From NCBI RefSeq assembly GCF_009914755.1, contig NC_060943.1: DNA of 64,000 nt. The stretch is one strand, 5' to 3'. Positions within the stretch are counted from its first letter, which is position 1. The number at the start of each line of letters is the position of its first letter. The position numbers and the translations under genes were made by a program. Shown here piece after piece: positions 21,754 through 38,836 of this stretch. Source of the DNA: the human T2T-CHM13v2.0 reference genome, Homo sapiens. The notes under the pieces are model-generated. The model was given only the letters and a program-made list of their open reading frames with translations, had not been told where the DNA came from and searched no databases.

Positions 21754-22991
21754 GAGAGAGAAAAAGTAATTGATTTTCCCCAGATCACAGAGCTTATAAG
21801 AGATGAGGTCCAGATTCCAATCCAGTCAACTTGTTAGGAGGGTCTGTATTCTTAACGTCTAAATTCTACAAGAGGGATTTTTTCCCCATAGAGGCACCAT
21901 TCAGGGTGAGCTGGATATTGTTAGGATTTGGGAGCCGACAGGGGCTATCATTTATTCTCGTTCTTTGACCACATCATAGGCCATTGCCTCTTCTCTGTTT
22001 GCTGGTTCATGCAAGACCAGGAGCTCCCCCAGTAAGTGGCCGGAAGGGTAATACCCACCCCCCGCAAGCCAAGTCTCTCCCCATTCTCTTGCTCAGCCTC
22101 AGTCACGGGAACCACCCTGTGGTTGATTCATTCTGACAATTATTATAGGTAGCTTAGGAACGGATGGTTGAGTTGTGAGTTGCAGAAACTCGGTCAAGCT
22201 GGCTTAAGTTAAACCTGCTGGAAGAACACAAGGGAATTTAAAGGAAGCCAACTGCAGACAGTGTGTCTAGACCTTAGAGGAACTGGAACATTATCTGGTA
22301 GCTTCTCCCTACCCCTTGCAATCTGGGGCTTCATCATCTCTCACTTCTTCTCTGTTCAAATCCTCTGCTCAGTTCTCTCTCTGTGACTCTTTCTAGCAAA
22401 TGATCCAGCCGGAGGGTGTTCTGGAGATTCTGCAAATTGGCAGAAGCGAGGGTGGTCTTGTATGAAGGGTCTGCCCTCTAACTTTGTAGCAGGGTCCTAT
22501 TTTACTACACTCTCCTTCTGGGCCTCAATTTCTCCATGTGTCAGCATAGGAAGAACTCTCTGACTTAATGGAGTTGGTGACCAAAGGGGTTCCAGGATTT
22601 ACAAGTATCCTGCGTAATTATAAAAGAGGTACAGAAGCAAAAGGTTTAGTTAAACCATCATTCATTGAAGCCTTTTGTATGCAGGGAAAAGGCAAGGATG
22701 ACACGATGCCCTCCAGAAGCTCTGGGGTCAGTGGCATAGGTTAAATAAATGCATTGGATGCTGATGAGTAAGGCTTGCAGAGCTTCGTGGGGGGTGTACA
22801 GAAAAAATCATCATGGGAGTCTAGAGAAGAGCTAGATTCCCAAGGACCACATCATGTCATCAAAACTCAGGAATCTCCCCTTGCACTGAGATGAAATTAG
22901 CCCTCATCACCCAGCCCCTCACCCAAAGACAGGTTCTGCTGTAAGTTAATTCTGGATGCTCCAAGCTTCTCCTTCATCTCTCTTCTTTCTA

Positions 22992-24650
<1,659 letters not shown>

Positions 24651-24981
24651 TATATAAAGTATCTTCTTGTATATCTTGTCTGATTTAAGCCATACTCTTT
24701 CACACTTCTCCCTCCTCCTTCATTTACCTAGGATGACTATATAATTTATTTTTCACAGCAGGGCACTTTTCAGAATGGAAGTGGACACTACTCATCATGA
24801 TGCCAGAATGATGGGTATCATTCACTACTCATAATTCAGGACTAATAATAATGGGTATTATTTGGGTTCATTTCAGGCAAACTAGGATGCAGATGACAGC
24901 TTCTTCCTATCATTTCCCACCCTGACCACCCGAGGCTGAGGTCCAAAATCAAAAAAGAAGTCAATAATAAACTCATATCTG

Positions 24982-24987
24982 TTTATT
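24982..24987 (-). terminator. FPR1: FPR1 polyadenylation signal AATAAA
   Basis: TTTATT on plus strand, about 150 nt past the FPR1 stop, with U-rich downstream sequence on the minus strand. Confidence 0.75.
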
Positions 24988-25135
24988 CTCCCCAAATCAG
25001 GGGACACAAAGGCTTTTTTTTTTTTTCTGATGAGTGGGTAATCCTAAAATAAGCAGGAAATGCCTGTGGCTCAGCCTAACTCAAGGTGAGACGAAGCTGG
25101 AGCTGGGAGCTCGAAAGTGTCCCCCAGCTCCCTCC

Positions 25136-26188
25136 TCACTTTGCCTGTAACGCCACCTCTGCAGAAGGTAAAGTAGAATTGGTAGCTGTGTCACTGGTTT
25201 GGGTTGAGTCCTCGGTCAGGGCCCTCTCCAGACTGGCGGGAAGGGCGTGGATCAGCCTCTCCCGGAAGTCCTGGCCCATGAAGACATAGAGCATGGGGTT
25301 GAGGCAGCTGTTGAAGAAGGCCAGGGCACTTGTCACATCCACTGCAATACCAATTTCTTTGTACATGCCTTGCAATAACTCACGGATTCTGACTGTGGCT
25401 ATAAGGGCCACCACCTGATATGGGGACCAGCAGAGAAAAAAGGCTGCTGCGACAAAGGAGAGGACCCGTAAGGGACGACTGGACTTAATCAAGCCTTGCT
25501 TGTGGATCTTGGTGGCAATAAGCCCATAACTGACAGCAACGATGGACATGGGTGCGCTGAAGCCAATGATGAACCGGATGATGCCTCTCACCGTCAACAT
25601 GGCAACGGCCACATTTATCCTCTCTTTAGGGTCGTTGGTCCAGGGCGAAAAGTTAAAAGTGCAGGCTACTGTCCCCGTTTTACCAGGTACTGTAGTCACA
25701 CGAATGATAACTGGCAATGTGAGGAGCAGAGCCATCACCCAGGGCCCAATGATCACCTTCTTGGCCAGGCTCACGGTGCGGTGGTTCTGGGTCCAGACTG
25801 GATGCAGGACGCAAACACAGCGGTCCAGAGCAATGAGGGCGATCAGGAAGACACTTCCGAACAAGTTGATGTCCACTATGGTAAAGACGAATTTGCACAG
25901 GAACCAGCCGAAAGGCCAATGTCCTCCCATGGCCTTCCTGACCATGAAGAATGGCAAAGTGGAGGTGAAACAGAAGTCAGCCACGGCCAGGTTCAGGTAA
26001 CTGATGGTGGTGACTGTGTGTGTCATCCGGAATCCAGCCACCCAGATCACAAGCCCGTTGCCCAGGACCCCGAGGACAAAGGTGACTGCAAATACCAGAT
26101 AAGTGATGATATCCAGGAAGAGATAGCCAGCAGATACAGCAGGTGTCCCTCCAGAGATGTTCGTGGGGAGAGAGGAATTTGTCTCCAT
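25136..26188 (-). CDS. FPR1: N-formyl peptide receptor 1 (class A GPCR, 350 aa, intronless CDS)
   Basis: [23 protein letters not shown]-terminus; GN, LAVAD, DRC, CW.P and NPMLY motifs; acceptor TTTCAG|GAGCAGACAAG ATG with exon starting at 26199. Confidence 0.99.
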
Positions 26189-26314
26189 CTTGTCTGCTCC
26201 TGAAATAGTGCAGTCGTGGTCATTCCTCAGTTATGAACCTCCGTACCATTTCCCCACCCCCTCATTTCTGCCCCTGCCAGTTTTCCCACTCCTAGCTTTC
26301 TCACCTTCCCCTAG

Positions 26315-26533
<219 letters not shown>

Positions 26534-26544
26534 TGAGTAGCTGA

Positions 26545-26745
<201 letters not shown>

Positions 26746-27655
26746 TAACATGCAAGCCCCTACCAGGGAGATTAAATGGCTAAGGAAGATAGGGTCCTTG
26801 ACCTCCAAGAGGAGAATATGGGGCCAAAGATGTATAGAGAAAACATGTATTCAAACAAAAATGTTCATAGAGACACTCCTCCCTATAGCCAAAAGGTAGA
26901 AACAACCCAGATGTCCATCAACAGATGAATGGATAAACAAAATGTGGTTTATCCACCCAATGGAATATTATTCTGCCATAAAAAACAATGAAGCACTGAT
27001 ATATGCTACAACGTGGCTGAACCTTGAAAACATTACTCTAAACAAAAGAGGGCTGGATGTGGTGGTTCACGCCTGTCATCTCAGAGCTTTGGGAAGCCGA
27101 GGTAGGAGGGTTGCTTGAGCTCAGGAGTTCATGATCAGCCTGAGCCACATAGCAAGATCCTCATCTCTAACAACAACAACAACAAAATTAAATTAAATTA
27201 GCTGGATGTGGTGGCACACACCTGTAGTCCTAGCTACTCAGAAGGGTGAGATGGGAGGCTCACTTGAGCCCAGGAATTCAAGGTTAATAGTGTACTATGA
27301 TTGAGCCACTGCACTCCAGCCTGGGCAACAAAGCAAGACCCTGTCTCTAAAATGAAAGAAAAAAGAAAGGAAGGAAAGAAGGAGGAAGGAAGGAGAGAAG
27401 GAAGGAAGACACCACAAGTCACATTTTGTATGATTCCACTTGTATGAAATATCCAGAGTAGCCAAACTCACAGAGACCGAATGCAGATTAGTGATTGCCA
27501 GGGACTGGGGAAACTAGGAAGTGGGGAATTGTTGCTTAATGAATATGCAGTTTTTGCTTGGTGTGATTAAAAAGTTCTGGAACTAGATAATGGTTATGGT
27601 TGCAACACACTGTAGATGTACTTAATGCCATTGAATTGTACATTTAAATGGGTAA

Positions 27656-27778
<123 letters not shown>

Positions 27779-28191
27779 TGAGTAGCTGGAATTACAGGCA
27801 CTTGCCACCATGCCCAGCTAATTTTTATATTTTTGTAGAGATGGGGTTTCACCATGTTGGCCAGCCTGGTCTCAAACTCCTTGACCTCAGGTGATCTGCC
27901 CGCCTCGGCGTCCCAAAGTGCTGAGATTATAGGCGTGAGCCACTGTGCCCAGCCTAAAATGGTTAACTTTTTGTATTTTACCATCAATTTAATAAAGGAA
28001 AAATAAGAGCATAAGATATCAGAAAATCAGTGGGCGACAGCTTCAGTGACCTAGTGTCACACAAACGTGGACTAAGACTTTCTCTCACCCATAACACTGC
28101 ATAAGAACTATAAGGTATGCAACTTCTCAGCCAGGCGCAGTGGCTCACGCCTGTAATCCCAGTACCTTGGGAGGCCGAGGCGGGTGGATCA

Positions 28192-28494
<303 letters not shown>

Positions 28495-28843
28495 TCATCG
28501 TGGGAAGCAAGGCATAGTACTTGGTTAGTTTTCCAACATAGGTCAAATGGATCCGTGAGTGATACTAAACGACGTATAATCAAGTATTATATCCAATGGA
28601 TTCTGTGCTAGAAGAAGTCAGAACAACAGACTCTGTTTCCACTCTCGTCTCTGCGGTTACCTTGGCCAGATGGATGGGAGGTGCTTCTCCATCCATTGGA
28701 TGGGCTCAGCACTCTTGGGGATGTAGAAGACCGTGATAGAAATAATAGTCCAAATATGTATTGGATATGACATTTCATTAGATCAGGTATGCAAAGTGCA
28801 TGTCAGGTTCTTGCTGAGAGCTGGCCTTCTCTCTTTTTTTTAA

Positions 28844-29032
<189 letters not shown>

Positions 29033-29369
29033 TAATTGTATTTTAGTAGACATGGGGTTTCACCATGTTGCCCAGGCTGGTCTCAAACTCTTGAGCTCAG
29101 GCAGTCCACCTGCCTCAGCCTCCCAAAGTGCTAGGATTACAGGTGTGAGCCACTGCGCCCGGCCTGGTCTTCTCTTCTAATGCTTGCAGCAGCCTTCCTC
29201 AAAATTGTTACTATGAGGGTCACTGTCTTTATGGTACCCATTTTGCAGACGAGGAAAGTGCGACTTAGAGCATTTCAGTTAATTCCTTAAAGTCACCCAA
29301 CAGCCCAGGCTGTCGAATTCCAGCAAAAGTCTCTTTCTGCCTCTGCCCTGCCACGCTACTGGCACAGAA

Positions 29370-29690
29370 GAGCTGTCTAATGCACTAGTCACTCACCACA
29401 TGTGGTTTTCAAGCACTTGAATTGTGGCTAGTCCAACTGGAGACAGGCTGTAGGAGTAAAATACCCATCAGATTTCAAAGACTTAGTATGAAAAAAATAT
29501 TGTGACCATCTCATTAATAGTTTTTATATTGACTACATGTTAAAATGATAATAATTTGGCTATTTAAGTTTAGGTTAGATATTTTATTAAAATTAAGTTC
29601 GCATGTTTCTCTTCACCTTTTTAAAGTGCCTACTTGACACTTTGAAATTACATATGTGTCTCACATTTCTAATGAACTTTGATACTCTAC
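29370..29690. mobile_element. MER33 (hAT-Charlie) DNA transposon
   Basis: CCACATGTGG..AGCACTTGAA..GTGGCTAGTCC...GATTTCAAAGACTTAGTATG...ATTGACTACATGTT follows the recalled MER33 consensus. Confidence 0.8.
29397..29447 (-). other. FPR1: Candidate 51-nt FPR1 5' UTR cassette exon inside MER33
   Basis: Acceptor TTTACTCCTACAG|CCTG and donor TGTG|GTGAGT on the minus strand. Agrees with my recollection of a three-exon FPR1 transcript. Confidence 0.7.
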
Positions 29691-30712
29691 AATCTCAGAA
29701 ACAACTCAGAGATGTCTCCCTCCCCTACCACCCATCCAACCACCAAAATACCCTGAGGACTCTTTGTCCTCAAGAATCTCTAAGGCAACCAGTTCAGAAG
29801 ATTGTTGCAATGAATGATGAGGATTCTGCAATAATGAGCTGGAACATACCAGAGAGGAAAACCTGTGCAATTTTGTCCAATTATGGTTCAAGGGAAAAAT
29901 CCTGTGATTTGCAATGAACACAGGCCTTGGTGGCTGCCATCGATGAAGGACTTTATGCTTGATAATCATTGTACCACATCCTCAACTTTCTTGCCTCTGA
30001 TCTCAACAAACTCAGCATTGATTATACATCATCATCCCTGTGTGACGGAAGAGGAAACTAGGAGCTTGATGAGAAATGACAGCCAATGTCTGCAGATTCA
30101 TGAGAGGGCAGGGCTGTATTCCGCTACTGGGTCCTATGCACCATGCAGAACCAGTGTCTTCACGTGGAGACTCATCACTGATCCGAAAGGTGACTGCTTC
30201 TGTATTACACTCATTTCCCCATGACCCATCATAAAGTCGTTAGGGCTCTTTTGCTTTCTCCTGAAAGCTTCAAACCAAACATCCTTTCCCATCCCGACTC
30301 AAGCCCTCAAGCTGATGCCCTTGCCTCTTGCTCCACCAGATTCTCCTCCTGCTGGCTCCTGCATCACTGTTCTCTGCCCTCATCTCTGTAACCAGAAAAC
30401 AAGTGTTTCCATCCAAGAATTACCCTCTACTGGTCCCATAAAACTCATTCCCCCATTTACTCAAGAACTTCCCTCCTTCACTTATCCCTTCTCTCTCCTG
30501 CAGCCTCATAGTGTCTCTATATTCCATCATTCCCATCAGGACCCCAATAAAGTCTAGAGCCTATTTGTTTATTTATTTATTTACTTATTTATTTGAGATG
30601 GAGTCTCACTCTGTCACCTAGGCTGGAGTACAGTGGTGCAATCTGAGCTCACTGCAACCTCCACCTCCCAGATTCAAGCAATTCTCCTGCCTCAGCCTCC
30701 CAAGTAGCTTGA

Positions 30713-30880
<168 letters not shown>

Positions 30881-31007
30881 TAGAACCTCTTTAAAAAAAT
30901 TATTCTTCAACTCCACATCCTTCTTCAAACAAAGAGTCTATTGTGTTCACCAGTGTATTAAGTGTGTCTATGTCAAGCTACCCAGTCCCCCAGAATATGT
31001 TTCTTAC

Positions 31008-31072
31008 CTGGACTGTTCACCAGCTGTGGTCTTGCTCTGGGTAGTTCTAGGTCTGGGTCTCCTGGGGAGAGT
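31008..31072 (-). other. FPR1: FPR1 non-coding exon 1 (5' end approximate)
   Basis: Minus strand CCCAGACCTAGAACTACCCAGAGCAAGACCACAGCTGGTGAACAGTCCAG|GTAAG matches the recalled FPR1 cDNA leader; consensus donor. Confidence 0.88.
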
Positions 31073-31170
31073 GACTCAGGCTCTAATGATTGCAGCAAAA
31101 CATACACCAAGGAACAGGAGGAGGGGTAAAGGAACTAAAACCAGCTGGGTAGCAGGAAATAGGAAGTCTG
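31072..31170 (-). promoter_or_regulatory. FPR1: FPR1 TATA-less myeloid promoter: AP-1 TGACTCA (31072-31078), tandem ETS/PU.1 cores AGGAAATAGGAAGT (31154-31167)
   Basis: Motifs read directly upstream of exon 1. Confidence 0.7.
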
Positions 31171-31927
31171 AGCTTCTTCTGATTTTTGATGGCCCCAAGA
31201 ATACACCAATATACTGTCTGCTTTAATGGCATTAGGACAGTGGGCTGGGCCTGTTTAGAAACTCATGTACCTGACTGTATTTCTCAGCCTCAGTCTCTGT
31301 GGGATGCAGAGGTTCAGTGCTCTCAACAACAAGGGCCAAGAAATCCAAGTGTCCGGGCCCCTGCTCCCTCCAAGGGTCAAGGTAAAGAAAGCAGCAAGCA
31401 CTGTGGTGAGAAGAATCAGAGGGAGGCAATGAAAGGAAGAGAAGAAGTCATGAGGGATGGAGACCAGAAACACAGAGAGAGGTAAGGGAGTGGGGGAAGT
31501 TGAGACAGTTGGCAGGACAGCGCGTCCACACCCATGCACACCACCAAGATTAACCCCATAATCCTCTGATCTTGTGGAAGCTCATTTGTAGTCTTCTAGC
31601 CCAAAGAAATAACCGTTTTTCTGAAATGTTAAGCATCCTTCCAAGGGTATCAGAGTGATATGGAGAAATATGGTAAGACAGTTACAGAATCAGAGATAAC
31701 GACACTGATTCTAAAAGCATTATTACCAAGGCATTGTTGCATTAAGACTGTTTTTTCTTTTCTTTTAGAGACAGTATCCTGCTACGTTGCCCAGGCATGT
31801 CTCAGACCCCTGGGTTTAGTGATCCTCCTGCCTCAGCCTCCCCAAATGCTGGGATTACAGGCATGAGCCGGGCTGTTTTTAATTCTAAGTAATTTATAAT
31901 TTACAATTACACCTAACAATGGCTTCA

Positions 31928-32148
31928 ACAAGGGGTGTCCAATCTTTTGCCTTCCCTGGGCCACACTGGAAGAAGAAGAATTGTCTTGGGCCACACATAA
32001 AATACACTAACACTAACGATACCTGATGAGCTAAAAAAAAAAAAAAAAAAAAAAATCCCCCAAAAATCTGATAATGTTTTAAGAAAGTTTATGAATTTGT
32101 GTTGGGCTGCATTCAAAGCCATCTTAGGCCATGGGCTGGACAAGCTTA
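31928..32148. mobile_element. MER30 hAT MITE
   Basis: CAAGGGGTGTCCAATCTTTTG...GGCTGGACAAGCTT ends and internal GGGCCACAC repeats. Confidence 0.8.
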
Positions 32149-32358
32149 GCTTAGAACCAAGACGAAATTTATGGTTTACTTTACAAGAATTTTGCAAGAG
32201 GGTAATACTAGGTTAGGTTATATCTGGAAAATATCATCAAGAACTACATTCATTTTAATCTTTTCTCTTTTTTATCCCTAATATGGTGACTTTTTTTCCT
32301 GGGGATTGCCACTTCATGGCTCCAAGAAAGCTACCACAGCTCCTGACTTCACATTACA

Positions 32359-32895
32359 GCAGGGGTCCCCAACCTCCAGGCCATAGACCAATACACAGAC
32401 CGATACCGGTCTGTGGCCTGTTAGGAAGTGGGCTGCACAGCAGGTGACTGGCAGGTGAGCAAGAGAAGCTTCATCTGTATTTATAGCCACTCCCCATTGC
32501 TGGCATTACTGCCTGAGCTCTGCCTCCTGTCAGATTAGTGGCGGCATTAGATTCTCATAACAGTGTGAACCCTACTGTGAACTGTGCATGCCAGGGATCT
32601 GGGTTGTGTGCTCCTTATGAGAATCTAATGCCTGATGATCTGTCACTGTCTCCCATCACTCCCAGATGGGACTGTCTAGTTGCGGGAAAGCAAGCTCAGG
32701 GCTCCCACGGATTCTACATCATTGTGAGTTGTATAATTATTTCATTGTGTATTACAATGTAATAATAATAATAGAAATAAAGTCTACAATAAATGCAATG
32801 TGCTTAAATCATCCTGAAACCATCTACCCCGCCACCCCATGGAGAAATTGTTTTTTATGAAACTGGTCCCTGGTGCCAAAAATGTTGGGGACTGC
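32359..32895. mobile_element. MER1A-like hAT element
   Basis: CAGGGGTCCCCAAC...GTTGGGGACTGCT terminal inverted repeats; about 540 bp. Confidence 0.8.
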
Positions 32896-33695
32896 TACAC
32901 TCCAGCATCCCACACCAGGAGGATGGGGATGAGATGGAGAATCACTGAAGATCTTTAATCAGAAGGGTGATATGTTCATTTGTACTTTATAAACATTTGT
33001 GTTTGTATTTTATAAACATTTTCTTGGGATCATAACAACAGATGCATTTTAGAAGATTCCCAAGGTATGAAGGGTAACAAATGAAGACGTGCCTAGGAGT
33101 CACATGGAAGCCAACACTTTGTAAGGGGATTAAAATAAAGGGAATGGCAGAGGACATCATTATGCACAGAGGAGAAGGGCCCAAATGTCAAGAGAAAACA
33201 AGAGACAAGGGACTCCACAGAGAGTAATTGCCAGAAAAATTTGTAGGTCTTTTGAAGTCTGACTGTTCTTCCTAAAACGGGGGTCCTGGGACACCCCTAC
33301 CTGTTTCCCATGAGCCCTCTTTTCTAAAACATAAGTAGGTTTTCTTCCTGGCTACCAAATGGCCTGTGATTAGCACACTAGGTTGGGCAAAAATAGAGCC
33401 AAGTGTGTGTTCCAAAGTGACTATGGTGAAGAAAAAAGCGAAAGTCTTAAAATGGACTTCCACTTCTGTGTTTGCGTAAGGCTAAAAGGGAAGATGTCTT
33501 AGGGTTGACCGGAATGGGAGTATTCCTGCCTATGCTGCAAAAGTCCCTGACTCTTCTGGTAACTGAAACATGAGAAATGGCCTCGGCGAGCAGCACAGCC
33601 TCCCAGTAAAGCACTGGACTGAGGTGGTAAAGCCAGATTGCCTGGACTAGAATCCCAGGACTACTGTTCACTAGCTCCGGACAAGCCAGCTAATC

Positions 33696-34315
33696 CAGGG
33701 GTCTCAAACATTTCCCCCAACTTTTTTTTTTTGAGACAGAGTCTCACTGTGTCACCCAGGCTGGAGTACGGTGGTGTGATCTTGGCTCACTGCAGTTTTG
33801 CCTCCTAGGTTCAAGTGATTCCCCTGCCTCAGCCTCTCCAGTAGCTGGGATTACAGGTGCCCGCCACCACGCCTGGCTAATTTTTGTATTTTTTAAGTAG
33901 AGATATGGTTTTGCCACGTTGACCAGGCTGGTCTTGAACTCCTGACCTCAAACAATCACTTGCCTTGGCCTCCCAAAGTGCTGGGATTACAGGACGGAAC
34001 CACTGCACTGGGCCACAAACATTTCCTATGAAGAGCCAGATGGTCAATATATTTCATTTGGCAGGCCATAGGGTCTCCATCACAACTCCTTGGCTCTGCT
34101 GTTGTAGCCTGAAAACAGCCACAAGCAAAGTTGTAAATGAGGAGCATGACTGTATGTCAATAAAACTTTATTTAAAACACGACAATTGGACTTCATATAA
34201 GTTTTGCATGGCACAAAATACCCTTCATTTGATTTTCTTTAGCCGGTAAGAAATATTAAAGCCATTCTTGGCTCTCAGGCCATACAAAAACAAGCGGTGG
34301 CTAGATTTGACCCCT
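33696..34315. mobile_element. MER58-like element split by antisense Alu (33722-34014)
   Basis: CAGGGGTC...GACCCCTG ends; Alu TSD CAAACATTTCC. Confidence 0.7.
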
Positions 34316-34671
34316 GATTTAACTGCACTGGGTCCCAGACACTTCACCTGTGAATTGAGAGCAATGATACTTACAGAGGTGTTTTCTGGAGCAGAACAAA
34401 TAAGATCAGTGATACAAAGCACTTGGCATGAATTCCAGTGCAATAAGTATTATCAATATCTTAGTAATTACATAAACCTCTCTATCTGCTGTTTCACGTT
34501 CTCTGCGGTGAACCCATCCATGCTTAAAACTTGAACCACACCTCAGCTAACATTCACCAGACCCCTGTCTCTAGCTCAGACCTGCCCTTGATGTTCAGAC
34601 ACATCATTTTGGGTTCCTGTTTCCTTTCAAACTCATCTGCAGCCTTTGCTCTCCTCACCTTCTCCCACAAC

Positions 34672-35440
34672 TCTGTTAAGGACTAAATTGTGTCACATTC
34701 CCCTTCAAATTCTTAGGTTGAAGCCCTCACCCCATGATATGGTTTGGCTGTGTCCCAACCCTGATCTCATCTTGAATTGTAGCTCCCATAATTCCCACGT
34801 GTTGTGGGAGGAACCAGGTGGGAGATAGTTGTTTCATGGGGACGATTTCCCCCATAATGTTCTCATGGTAGTGAATATGTCTCACGAGATCTGACGATTT
34901 TATGAGGGGTTTCCCCTTTCACTTGGTTCTCATTCTCTTTTGCCTGCTGCCATGTAAGATGTCCCTTTGTTCTTCCTTCGCCTTCCGCAATGATTGCGAG
35001 GCCTCCCCAGCCACATGGAACTGTGAGTCCATTAAACCTCTTCCCTTTATAAATTACCCAGTCTTGGGTATGTCATTATTAGCAGCATGAGAATTGACCA
35101 ATACACCCCAGCATGTCAGAATGTGACTGTATTTGGGGATACAACCTTTAAAGAGGTAATTAGCTGAAACTGAGGTCATTAGGGTGGGCCCCAACTCAAT
35201 ATGACTGATATCCTTATGAAAAGAGGAGATCCAGACACAGACAGGCATAGAGGGAAAACTGTGTGAAAACATGAGGAGGAGGCGGTATCTGCAAGCCAAG
35301 GAGAGAGGACTCAGGAGGAATCAACCCTGCTGACACCTTGATCTTAAACTTCCAGCTGATAAAACTGTGAGAAAATATATTTCTATTGTTGTAGCCACCC
35401 AGCCAATGGTATTTTGTTATGGCAGCTCTAACAAACTAAA
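34672..35440 (+). mobile_element. MLT1A-like LTR with nested THE1 LTR (34735-35106, TSD CCCCA)
   Basis: TGATATGGTTTGGCTGTGTCC...AATACA flanked by CCCCA on both sides. Confidence 0.8.
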
Positions 35441-36343
35441 CACTCTGCTTCTTTTCATTGACTCTCGTCTCAATGACAGCCCCCAAATCCACGCAGTTAC
35501 CTTGGTGCAACAGTTCTGAAGAAAATGGCCACAATATTCTTGGACACTCCTTCCACTGACAGGAAGGCAGGCATATTGTATCGCCTCTCCCCTGGAACCT
35601 GGGTAGGGTTGGGACTACTTTGACCAAAGAACGTGGTAGAAATGACTTCCACGTAGCTTTCAAGGCTAGGTCAAAAAAGGCTAGGAAGCATCTTCTGGTT
35701 CTCCTGGGACACGTGTTCTGGAGGAAGGCAGCCATTGTCCTGGGACTTTGATTCCTCTGAGACCACCATGCTGGAAAGGCTGCCTGTAGGCACTTGGTGC
35801 AATACCAGCCTAGTTCAGCATTTGAGTCATTCCAACCCAGGCATCTGACATGTGAATGAAGGAGCTCTAGATGACTCCAATTCACAGTCTTCTAGTCACC
35901 CCCCAGACCTTTGAGTTTTGGGTGGCAGAGACAAGCATCTCTGTGCCTTATCCTAATTCCCAACCCACATAATCCATGAACGTAATGAAATGGTTGTTTT
36001 ACATGCTATGATTTGGGTGGTTATACAGCAATTATGAATTATGAATGTGGGCTTCATAAAGACCCTTCATGCTTCCTCATTCTCCAGAGCCATTTGGTCT
36101 CCAAGCTCAGTCTACCAAGCCTGGAAATCTCTCCCTAAACTACACCTCCTCTCTAGCACACTACTCCAGCACAGGCAATTATTCGACAAGTTCACCTTGA
36201 TCTCTGGCAACTTCTTACCCTTTAAGATCTCTGCCTCCAACTGGGAGCATTCTCAGAGCCATCCCTTTGCAGGGGGACTCTAGAGCAATGTTTTCTGGAA
36301 GCACACACCTGACAAGTCACTCTCCTGCTTAAATAGCTTTTAA

Positions 36344-38836
<2,493 letters not shown>

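Noticed and set aside
25496-26203. Plus-strand ORFs (235 aa, 152 aa) antisense to FPR1, and the similar minus ORF 48155-48508 antisense to FPR2
   Set aside because: These are shadow ORFs of GC-rich coding sequence. Their mutual similarity simply reflects FPR1/FPR2 paralogy.
28666-28700. Short hairpin ATGGATGG...CCATCCAT in the FPR1 intron
   Set aside because: Short, low-complexity (TGGA-type) stem within chance expectation.
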